Assembly: GCF_000143415.4 (NCBI RefSeq)
Contig: NW_003314300.1
Location: 1,533,014 to 1,597,013 of the forward strand
Direction of reading: 5' to 3'
DNA length: 64,000 bases
From: Selaginella moellendorffii
Taxonomy: Eukaryota > Plantae > Lycopodiophyta
Part shown: positions 48,890-59,123 of the stretch, piece after piece
Layout: the number at the start of each line of letters is the position of its first letter
Position numbering within the stretch: the first letter of the stretch is position 1
Translations under genes and position numbers: made by a program
Notes under the pieces: model-generated
What the model was told of the DNA's origin: nothing
The model's database searches: none
The model's input: the letters and a program-made list of their open reading frames with translations, nothing else

Positions 48890-49749
48890 TTTGTTACCTT
48901 TAGGTTTTGGAACTCTGAACTTTTATAACGAAATGTCACCTCACATGTGCTATGCCATTATGTGAAAAGATAGGGCGATTTTATTCTAGGATCTAACATC
49001 GAATAATGTTGTTATAATAAATTCTGTATGAAGTATATAGGACTATGTTGTACAATATTAAAAGTCTATATACATTGAATTCAAAAACATACTCAAATTT
49101 ATTATATGCACTAACTTTTGGTAGAACGGAAAGAAATATCACGTCAAGCATGTGCCATAATATTAAAGATAGGAATGATTTTATTCTAGGATCTACCATC
49201 AACCAATTGTTGCCAAATAAATTAAATATTGTACATATTTTCAGTACTTCATTAAAGCTAGAAATCATCATATTCTTCTAAACTCATTTAAATATATTCC
49301 ATCTTTGTACTACCATCTATCACCTATAGTAAATTATCTATATACATTACTTTGGAAATAACACCTTACGATTTAATAATCTTATATTTTCTAACAATTT
49401 CGTACTGTGATCAATTCAACACATGCGTCTGTGACATTATTTCACATTATGACATAGTCATATTAGAGCACACCTCCATTATTAAATTACAATTCAAAAG
49501 GACTTTGTCACGTGATCAAATCTAGGGCGGAATAGAAATTGTACAGTGCTAGATTTATTATTTATTGTACAGTGAAGATTTACTGCATCCATGATGAACG
49601 GCTGTGATGAAAGTTAGGTTAGGGTTAGGGCAGCTACTGGCGTTAGGGTTTTACAGAAAGTATCGCGGGAGATTGAGAGTGACTGCGGGAACAGAATGCT
49701 GCCAAGAGTAAGTTTTTCCTCCTTCTCCACTCCCTCTCCTCCACTCCCT

Positions 49750-50400
49750 CTCCTCCCCGCCCAGCGCCACCACACCCAGCGCCCCCGTGCCCACGCCATG
49801 CTCTGCGCCGCCACGCTGCGCACACCATGCCATGCTCAGCACCGCCACTGCCCAGGGCTGCCGAGCGCCGCCCACTGCCATGCCACGCCCAGCGCAGTGC
49901 TGCCTGCCCAGCACTGCCACTGCCATGCCGCCGCTGCCGTGCCGCCACTGCCCAGCACCGCCGCTGCCGTGCCGCTGCTGCCCAGCACTGCCGCTGCCCA
50001 GCACTGCCGCTGCCATGCTGCCGCTGCCCAGCACCGCCACTGCCATGCCGCTACTGCCGTGCCGCCGCTGCCCAGCACCGCCACTACCATACCGCCGCTG
50101 CCGTGCCGATGCCACGCCACGCCAGCGCCGCGCTGCCTAGGGCCACTGCTGCCCAGCACCGCCGCTGCCAAGTGCCCAGGCCGGGCATTTGGCTGGGCAC
50201 TCCGCCTGGGCCGGCCAAGTCCACGCAGGCTGGCCAAGGCGCTTGGCTGGCAAAGGCGCCAAGTGCTTGCGCCAAATGCCCACGCTGGGCATTTGGTGTG
50301 AGCCAGCTAAGTCCAAGCGCCAAGGCTGGCTCGCAGGCAGTTGGTCTTGGCGCGGGCCGGCCAAGGTGCTTGGGGGAGGCGTGCACCGAGCCCACGCCCT
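49750..50400. repeat. GC-rich tandem repeat plus nested hairpin array in intron 1 of the ParB-MTase gene
   Basis: Units such as gccgc(c/t)(a/g)ctgcccagcac; hairpins at 50168-50192, 50272-50296 (11-bp stem) and 50300-50331. Confidence 0.85.
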
Positions 50401-50609
50401 GTTCCCCTCTTCTTATGCATTTATAATTTATAATGAGTTTTTTTTATTTTCAGAAACGGAAGCAACTACAAAAGGAGAGGGATGTTGGATCAAAGAGAAG
50501 ACATAAGGAAGATGAGATCCAGGATGACAATCAAGTTGACCTTCAGATAGAGATTTCCACAGCAACAACTCTACCGTCTTCCCAACCACATAGCTCCAGT
50601 CCACATGCA

Positions 50610-50870
50610 CCCCCACCACCGCCATCGATGCCACCACCACCACCACCATTACCACCACCGCCACCTTTACCTTCATCACCACCATTACCACCACTGTCAT
50701 CACCACCATTACCACCACCACCGTCATCACCACCATTACCACCACCACCGCCACCATCATCACCACCATTACCACCACCACCGTCATCACCACCATTACC
50801 ACCACCACCGCCACCATCATCACCACCACCAGCGCAACCATTGTCATCACCACCATTGCTGCCACAACCA
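50610..50870 (+). repeat. Coding tandem repeat SSPPLPPPP
   Basis: tcatcaccaccattaccaccacc units. Confidence 0.9.
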
Positions 50871-53800
50871 CAAATGCCACTACTCTTAACATATTCACAA
50901 AATATGGCAGAAACGGAGCAGTGCCCAAGTGCGCCTGATGGCGGTGTTGGGCCCGAGTCGGGGGCTAGATCTGATAATGGTGCTACTGGAGGTGTAGCTG
51001 AAGCTGAAAGAGAAGTGGAGCTACCTGAACACATTGTCGACAAGCGCTTCCAAGAGACAGCTTTGAGAACTAAAGAGAAGGCCATTCACACGACTCTGGA
51101 GTCTCTCAAGTGGGAAGGCCCGGGGCACATGATCCGAGAAATCCCACTATGTCGATTCACTCAGACAAGCATCGTTCGGTCTGCTTCACCGCACTTCGTC
51201 AACATGGACATCTATAGTCTGTACAAATAGAATGGCCTTGGGACAAACATAGGTATGTTCCTTGTTTCGGTTTTCAAGCCAGGAACGACAAATACCCTCT
51301 CGGTGTCATCGGAAATCGAGAGGGATTGGGATGACATTTGGAAAATGAAGTCCCGCGAATTTGACAACAAGCTTATGAGCCATCCTGAGACTCAACAATT
51401 TGTGGGGAAAATGTTCTACATTATCGATGGGAATCATCGCTGGTGCGCGTGGATGAAGTGCATCTGAGAATGCTTCCGAGACGATCCTGTCTATCACATC
51501 AATGTTCCGGTTGGACATGTACACGCGAGAGGATCTCTAGATTTGGCAAGGCTTGTGATAGCTTGCCACAAAATTAATGCGTAAGTACCTCTCCTTCTTC
51601 AATCACTTTTAACAATTTATGTTTTGCAGACTGGGACAGTTTGCAGTGCAGAAACAAAGCCTAGTACATGATATCGAGCAGATCCGGTTTCTTGCCAATC
51701 TCGACGAGGATGCAGTCCGCAGCCACTATGGTGATGATTTAGCATCACTTATTCGACATCAACGAGGTCGTCAGGATGCCAATAGATGGTACAAGAATCC
51801 AGTGGCTTTTATGACAGCTGTGTGGAGTAAGGTATGTTCTTTTAAGTATACTTCTTATCATAGAATGTTTGTGTTGTCTTCAGCCATTGGTGAAGGTTAA
51901 GCAAGATGCATATGCACAGTCGCATCGAGCTGAAAATGATCAAGAACTCTCAGAGCATTTAGCTGCAATTGACAAGAAAATCAACAGCACAAAGAAGACA
52001 AAGGTAAAGAAATTACTTAGTGTGGCTAACCCTTGACGCCCAAAGGAGTGGTTCGATATTATAACAGAGATTGCTTGTCATGAAAGTAAGTATTGTTTAT
52101 ATTTACATGAAGGTTCTCACAAAAGTTATTTTTTAGTGGGCAAGACTCCAGATGAGATTATTTACAATATCTCAAAGTCAAAGCTTACATATGAGGAACA
52201 GATACACATTCTGAACGACCTCAATAGCAGACTCAGGGAAGGAGAAAAAGGTTTGGATAGTATGATGGAGACTGTGATGAGGAGGACCATCTACATTTCA
52301 CAAACTGTATATGAAGGGGAGATGTTTCTATCGCCTTTCATAGGGGATGATCCTGAGCAACTTCCATTTAAGGACTTCGTCACCATTGAGCTTACAAAAC
52401 TTAGAGAGGACTGGCTGCCAAAGAAGGCCACAAGCACGACTCCATTTGATAAACAACTTGGCCAACCTTACTTCATGCGTCGAGCGGCTTTCAGGTAACA
52501 TACAATTTCTCAACTATACTCAATTGTTTATATTCTATTATAGGTATCTCCAATATAGAAGCATTCCTCTCGAAACACCGGTATGCACACGCCTCCTGAG
52601 GCATGGTGTGAGAGATGGAGGCATGTACCCAACAACAATGAAGTTTCTAGCAGCAATAAAGCGCGCTTGTCCTTGGGAATTGGAGATGCCAGATTATGAA
52701 CCAACCCACCATGAGGCTGCAAGAGGCAACAATGATGACGAAGATGATGGCCATGAGAATGTCGACACTGTTGGTGCCAATGGCGAGCAGAGTGAAGATG
52801 GCGGTGAGAACGAGATTCTTCGAGACGAAGTCGAGCAAGAGAACCAGAACATCCAAGAAGTTCTACCTCGACGAAAGCGAGCAAATCCACATCTGGAGGA
52901 ATTAGTCAACAGTGATGATGATCGTCCAAGACGTCCCCGTAACCGAGGAACTTCTCGAGGTATATTTCTTTTTATTTTCTCCTTTTCTTAGTTCCTCAAA
53001 ATGGTTGCAGCAAAAACTGTCGGGAGTAACTTCATTCCAGCTCGTCTTGATGCTCGAGAAGAGGACTTGGAGGAACTTACATCTACCACACGCCACATGA
53101 CGGTATGTAAATTTTTCTTAAATTCACATCTTATCTTTGTCTTCTCCCCCTAGATTCACCCTGTATCTCCAGTGGCATTCCGTGGTGAAGTTGGGATCTT
53201 TATTGGCTCCTATAGTTCATTGATGGCATCTTTTGAGGAGGATGCTGAGAATATGGCTATCTGGCAAAAGTGGGAGCGCTTTTGTCAGAAGATCCATAGG
53301 CGACCGCTCAAGAGCACAAACTTCATGCTCTTTGACATGCTAGATGGTCTTCCAGACGCTAATGGTGATGTCCCAAGCTGGAACAACCTGACTAAAGACC
53401 ACTTGAAGGATGCATTCCTTTTGGCAGCAATTCTCCTTCACACAACCGGTCAAGTTGCCTTCATTCTCCCGAATGACCCCCATTAGATGTCCTGCCTTAT
53501 GAGGTATGCAAGTCGAGTCAACTCCAAGAGGTTCTCTTCCGGATGCATCATGAATAGTGTTGGGGTCGAGACCAAAGGTGTCCTAGGCATGCCAGAGAAG
53601 GTAAGAAATCATTTTCTGTTTTGGTTGTCTCTAAAGTTTTATTATTCAGGTTATGATGTGGACCTACCATGTGTTTTGCAGAAAAGAAAATGACAGTTTT
53701 CGTGATAGCGAGCGTGCTACAAGGGTTTTGCCAGGGTATGACAACTTTACTGACATCATACCAAATCTCATAGACGACGACATCCGCAACACATTGTCTG

Positions 53801-54175
53801 GGTATCGGTTTCGATCTCCATCGGCGATGCATGTCCTACTTGAGCTTTATTGCCCAACTAGAGGTGTTGTCATCGATTGCACAGCAGGTAGTGGTTCGAT
53901 GGTCGAAGCAGCACGTGACTCTGGTAGATCGGTGTTTGCGATTGAAGAACATGAGTTCTTCAAACGCCATCTTCGAGGTTTTTGTCCTTCTCTATCAGTT
54001 GCTTCTAGGAGGTAATTTATGATGTTTTAAAAACTTATAAATAATATATATTTAGTTTTCTAGAAGTCTTCCTAGGTATGCTGGCACATCATATGCTATT
54101 TGTAAATTGAGGAGTGGTATGAAAAATCTATTTATTAATGATACATTAAAAGACAATTGAATGCAATGAGAAAGA

Positions 54176-54306
54176 TGTGTCACATGTCAATGTGATAATG
54201 ATTGTGACACTGACAGTGTCAGTATAGCAGATAGCGACAGTGATAGTGTCAGTGACAGAGACAGTGTCAGTGTCAGAGATGACAAAGTTACAGTGTCAGT
54301 CTGTCA
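54176..54306. repeat. Cluster of TGACA/TGTCA motifs (direct and inverted)
   Basis: More than 10 copies of acagtgtcag, tgacact and variants. Confidence 0.7.
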
Positions 54307-54437
54307 AAATTCATAATTACTAATATTATCAGTTTATTATCTATAGGTAATACAATTTTGTTAATAAAAAAAAGGCAAGAGGGGGGGGGGGGGGATGAAT
54401 AATATCATAGTGTAAGAATTATTAGTGGCTGGAATTT

Positions 54438-55047
54438 TCAGTAGGATGGCCTAAAAATACCATATTCAGCACTTGTGGGTGTAGGATTTACTAACGGAAT
54501 ATTGTTTCTCACCATGAAATGATAATGATTGTGTGTTTTTAACTCTTTCTTGATTTTCTTATACATCCATTTATGCACACCTTCCACACCAGTTCTTGGG
54601 CAGTTGTGACAGTGTTCTAGAAAAGTTTCTAGACCCATACAGCCTTCCGTTTTATCTAAATAAAAGTAGTAGATAGGACACTGGAGATAATATGTGTTCA
54701 TTCTTTCAAAAGTTTCAACCATATCGGGAGCAAGATCTTGAAGAAACATCTGGCATCGCTCTTGAAGCACATGAGGCAATCCATCTTTTGTAGCAACATC
54801 TAGAACATTATCTGGAAGAGGGATCTCTTGTTCAGTCACACTTGGGGCTACAAAAGAAANNNNNNNNNNNNNNNNNNNNNNNNNNNNNNNNNNNNNNNNN
54901 NNNNNNNNNNNNNNNNNNNNNNNNNNNNNNNNNNNNNNNNNNNNNNNNNNNNNNNNNNNTTGGTAGAAGTTGGAGATGGAGGTGGAGACTCAAGGATGAG
55001 ATGCATGGGGGCCAAGTGCGAGTAGCAATAGCATTTTCCCTAGCCAT
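54438..55047 (-). CDS. Cys/His-rich small protein, paralog 1 (spans assembly gap, possibly frameshifted)
   Basis: LQERCQ.FLQDLAPDM..TYYLQCPI..FYL.KT.GCMGL..F.EHC..CPR.G.EGVH.WMYKKIKKELKTH is shared with 55306-55857. Confidence 0.55.
54860..54959. other. Assembly gap (100 N)
   Basis: Run of N. Confidence 1.
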
Positions 55048-55305
55048 TCCTACACTCTAAACAAACTAAAATTTCAATGTTGAAAACATCCCTTGTTGGT
55101 ATTTATACTAAGAAAAGATCTAGGGGTTCTTGAAAGTTTAAATTGTCAGTCTCAAAAATGGGACTTCAGAATTATAACAGTGTCAGAACCACTTGTATAT
55201 ATAATAATATCTTTATACATGCTAGAATAATATCATTCTCGAAAATATAAGATTCTCCACTTTACTCATAAAGAATTAACCTTTTGAAAAAACTATGCAT
55301 GACTT

Positions 55306-55857
55306 TCACATTACATTAAAGGGTGGCCTAAATATCCCATATTCAGCACTTACTGATGTAGTGTTCACCAATGGAATATTGTTCTCCACCATAAAATCAT
55401 AATAGCTGTGTGTTTTTAATTCTTTCTTGATTTTCTTATACATCCACGCGTGCACACCTTCCAAACCCACTCTTGGGCATTTGCGACAATGCTCAATAAA
55501 ATTTACCAAACCCATGCAACCATCTGTCTTGTTTAAATAAAAGTTGCATATAGGACACTGAAGATAATATGTATCTACATTAAGCTCCCCTGCCATATCT
55601 GGAGCAAGATCTTGAAGAAAATATTGACATCGCTCTTGAAGCATTGGAGGCAATCCAACTTTTTTAACAACATCATAAGGAAGGAGTTTTTGTTCAGTTG
55701 CACTCGAGGTCGCAAATGGAAGAGCCTCACAACAGCCCTCAAAATGAAGAGGATTGTTGCGTAGAGGTGAAGGTGGATTATTGGTTGAGATTGAAGATGG
55801 AGGTGGAGACTCATATGAGAGGCCTTCGGGACCAAAAGTAAACTTCTTCCTAACCAT
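55306..55857 (-). CDS. Cys/His-rich small protein, paralog 2 (183 aa, putative Zn finger CPIC...HCxxC...H)
   Basis: Intact ORF; strong protein-level conservation with paralog 1 despite nucleotide divergence. Confidence 0.65.
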   Translation of the reverse strand: MVRKKFTFGPEGLSYESPPPSSISTNNPPSPLRNNPLHFEGCCEALPFATSSATEQKLLPYDVVKKVGLPPMLQERCQYFLQDLAPDMAGELNVDTYYLQCPICNFYLNKTDGCMGLVNFIEHCRKCPRVGLEGVHAWMYKKIKKELKTHSYYDFMVENNIPLVNTTSVSAEYGIFRPPFNVM

Positions 55858-56298
55858 TGCAACACACAAGAAGAATTAAACTTCCTAGCAATAAGAATTC
55901 TCTCATTAATATACTATATTTCAATCTCGGGAATGATGTTTTATTATGACATGACACTATAGTGAATGATAATTGTCAGTCTTAGTAATTACAACCTACT
56001 ATGAGAAACAAGTGGCTATAGGGTTTCAGAAGCTAAAAACTAGCATATAATTAATATGTAGCCTTATTTTATATAGTTGGCCTGCCATATATAATAATAG
56101 CGAATATACACAAGCACGCGAGTATGCCTTTTTGCAAGATTACCTTTCAATCCCAAAATCATATATAGATTTAATTCTTTGATTTGTCTACATCATATAT
56201 CTTTGCAAAGACAAAACATATCAAAAGGAATAAGATATATATAAAAAACTTACATTTTCTTATAATATTTTAGTGGATTACAAAAGCCATTGAAAGGT

Positions 56299-56544
56299 TT
56301 ATAAAGTGGATTTATTAGTGCTTTCCGCTGTGCTGTCCATTTCTTCTTTTCTCTTGCTCTGGATTGTTGTTTCGGAAGTAACAAGAGCATTTTTATCAAT
56401 AGTGACAGTGGTCTCCACATTCCCGGATGGGTAATAAGGACCAGGCGTGTAATATGGAGATTGTGGTAGTGAAACAAAATTCACATTCTCACATTTCTGT
56501 ATGCTAGAACTACTTACAGATTTTTTGTCTTCCTTGCTTCCCAT
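56299..56544 (-). CDS. Possible small 81-aa ORF near the element's right end
   Basis: ATG-initiated, preceded by a telo-box at 56551; no recognisable domain. Confidence 0.3.
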   Translation of the reverse strand: MGSKEDKKSVSSSSIQKCENVNFVSLPQSPYYTPGPYYPSGNVETTVTIDKNALVTSETTIQSKRKEEMDSTAESTNKSTL

Positions 56545-58474
56545 CTCTGTAAACCCTAAAGAATGAACGAGTGAATCAGTGTTTCGAATTATTTATATAT
56601 TTCTGGTCAATTGTTGAAATGTTAAAATGTTGAAATGGACAATAGAAATTTTCCAGTTCATTCGAACTTCAATATTCCCATTTTATTTGGGACTAATAAA
56701 GCCCAAAAATTTCTATGGGTTCAGACGAACTTCTAATTCTAGAAATTGTATAAACTGCATTAGAAAGATTCAAAAAATAAAAATCTCTCTGAACCATTGA
56801 TACTTAAACTCGTAAATTTCAAGTTCACCAAAGAATAACATTTTTCTGACTTAATATTTCCTTATAAAACTTATAGTTGACTATGTTGACTAGCATTGAC
56901 TTGAGCTAAATTGAGCTCAACTCATGAGCTCAACTCAACTTTGGACCATCCCCTCTAAAGACAAGTAGTAGCTTTGTTGTGAGGGAGTGATAAAGAGGTA
57001 AATGTTTTATTTTATGTATCTTCCCAGGCATAGCAAAAGAAAGAAGCTTAGGAGAAATAGATTTATGCCTAAGCTTAGGCATCCAAATAAAAAAGATCCG
57101 ACTTAAGCAATGTTCATCATAGACAAACATGAAGTAATTAGAAATGGTTATAAAATTATGTAATATATAAGTAGCACTTAGACATGTTAGAAAACAACCC
57201 TCACTCATTGTTGTATGCATTTGCATTGAATTAACCATATTTACTCCCATTTATGACTATTTGTGCAAAGTAGAGTTGAAAAAGTGATATATACTTATCC
57301 TTATTCTTCTCATTCTTCTTCTCTTCTTTATGTGCTTGTTTTTATTTGTTTGTTACCATTTTTCATACAAGGGAAAGAATGCAAGTATAGGTAGAAAAAG
57401 CCTTACTCATATACATTTAGAACCCCCCATGCAATTGTTGAAAAGCATAATCATAATCATTAACATGTCCAAATGCATGCTTGAAGACGTCAAAGAGAAA
57501 GCTCCAATCTACTCTAGTTGTTACACTCAAACCATTATACCACTACAATGTCGTCCCTTGGAGACATATAGAAACTCATACAAATGTTGACTATCATCCC
57601 AAGAATAATAGGTACTAATCACTATAAAGTGATCAAATCAATGGTACATATTATCCCAAGTTTCCCATGGAAGAACTTTGGTCAAATGCAAAGATTGGCA
57701 ATAAGAGTAGAAGGAGTTATACCATATGCTGTGAATGCCACTATCAACTGAGTTTGATTGTTTAATTGCAACTGTATAACATCAAGCAACTACACCAACT
57801 ATTGCTCTAGAATCAAAGGAGGAGGAAGTTGCTGTTTTGCCATGAAGGTGAATAAAAAGGACAAAAGTAGAAGAGAAGAAATTGAAAAAGTTACAAGGAA
57901 AGAAATATATAAACAGTGCAAAAGCTAGACCTAAACCACAAAATCCCAAATATAAGCACCCCTTTGCAACAATCAAAGTTGCCCTTCATTTCCACCAATA
58001 TGAGTGTATAAAATATGAAAATGGAATACAAAAATGTGCATCTTAATTATCCCAAAAACCCTAGCTTATATATATGAGCAAGTAATCCAAATTGAAACCA
58101 ATTTCATAGCTATCAAAATCCCATTATACTAATATTAATATATGGTAATAGTTTGTTTGCTCATAAAGGTTGGGGCTTTGACTTCTCTTTCTATATCACT
58201 TGCAAATAGGGGTATCATCTTTTATAAGCTAAGTGCATCTAAAGTAACAAGGGTGGCTAACTTCATTAATTATTTTTTTGTCGGTGATGATTAGAAGGTG
58301 TCTGAATTGTAGTGTGGTTGCATTAGACAATGAAGTTGCCTCATAACCCATTTAAGTTAGTGCATTTCTTATAAAGTGTGAAGGGTTCTAAAGTTGTTTC
58401 TGAAAGTTTTTTGAAGTAGTAGTCTAAACTAGAGTATAAATCAATGAGGACGTCAATCTTCCCTAAGGGGGGAG

Positions 58475-59123
58475 TGTCATAAGCATGATTATGGGTATCG
58501 AAGCTACTTGTCAATAAGTCCTTTCAAATATTCATTCCATACTACCATAACAATAGAAAATCAGTATTGCTAATTCCCTTTTTACCTTTTCAGTCCTTCT
58601 TGTTTAAGTGCTTGTAAACTTGATTTAGCATCTGTACTTGGTTAGACGAGCATAAGGAAGGAATTCCTAAGTTTCTATTTAGCCAAGTATATTTAGCTTA
58701 ATTTATTAGTTCTTTTTTGCTTTGTCCAGCGCTAGGAATATCCCCTTTACTTTATCCTGGCGTGCATATCTATCCTTGTTCTATGTCTGGCTTGGGTTTC
58801 ACTTCTAGTTTCTTGTTTGCTTCTTATTTAAGCCTAAGTTCTATGTTATGCTAGTTGGTTTTGTACTTATATCCTTGCATTAGGCCACTAATATGTTGAA
58901 ATAGCATTAAACTCTATTTAGCTCCATTTTACGTGCTAATTTTGGTATTGCTATGTTAGTTGCTCTAGGACTATTTCCATATTGTTCCATATTCTAGTTC
59001 CTTCACTCATACTTGGGAGTTTGGCTCTGGCCCTGGACATGTGGATAAAGATTTACATTCCACTCCATAGTTGACCTTTAGTAAATTACTATAGGATAAA
59101 TAGTGAAAACTACATATGTTACA
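58475..59123 (+). mobile_element. LTR (family A), TG...CA, with PPT upstream (58465-58474) and Met-PBS downstream (59126)
   Basis: aagggggggag|TGTCAT ... TTACA tt TGGTATCAGA. Confidence 0.8.

Larger units (their letters stand above)
49696..54015 (+). pseudogene. ParB/Srx-like domain + beta-class N4C/N6A DNA methyltransferase fusion (9 exons: 49696-49707, 50454-51580, 51630-51831, 51884-52085, 52137-52494, 52544-52959, 53011-53102, 53154-53600, 53650-54015; ~1073 aa; 4 internal stops)
   Basis: NLS MLPRKRK; Pro-rich tract; ParB-type FYIIDGNHRWCAW...ACHKIN; MTase motif IV-like FMLFDMLDG..SWN, LLHTTGQVAFI, YHVFCRK, then RSPSAMHVLLELYCPTRGVVIDCTAGSGSMVEAARDSGRSVFAIE (motifs X-I-II). The spliced model stays in frame (3222 nt). 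Confidence 0.75.
44935..56940. mobile_element. ~12-kb Mutator-like (MULE) TIR DNA transposon carrying a ParB-amino-methyltransferase gene and accessory ORFs
   Basis: TIR core gagttgagctca(ca/tg)agttgagctcaattt at 44955-44983 and inverted at 56908-56936; termini ACTTGAG / AGTTGAG; flanking 9-bp direct repeat GTGGACCAT (44926-44934) / TTGGACCAT (56941-56949); MULE-type transposase inside. Confidence 0.82.

Noticed and set aside
49614-49651. Telomere or interstitial telomeric array
   Set aside because: Only about 4 imperfect units; better read as telo-box promoter motifs.
49614-50506. Many overlapping Ala/Gly/Pro/Cys-rich ORFs
   Set aside because: Products of a stop-poor GC-rich repeat that lies inside a predicted intron.
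50610-50870. Extensin-like cell-wall protein
   Set aside because: No signal peptide; the tract follows an NLS and is in frame with the ParB-like domain.
50428-51085. Poly-Val, poly-Gly and poly-His ORFs
   Set aside because: Alternative frames of the Pro-rich coding repeat.
49696-54015. Bacterial or phage contamination explaining the ParB-MTase
   Set aside because: Eight canonical GT-AG introns and a position inside TIRs/TSD within plant repeats.
54381-54394. Poly-G run as a functional G-quadruplex or PPT
   Set aside because: Isolated homopolymer with no adjacent LTR; cannot support a function.
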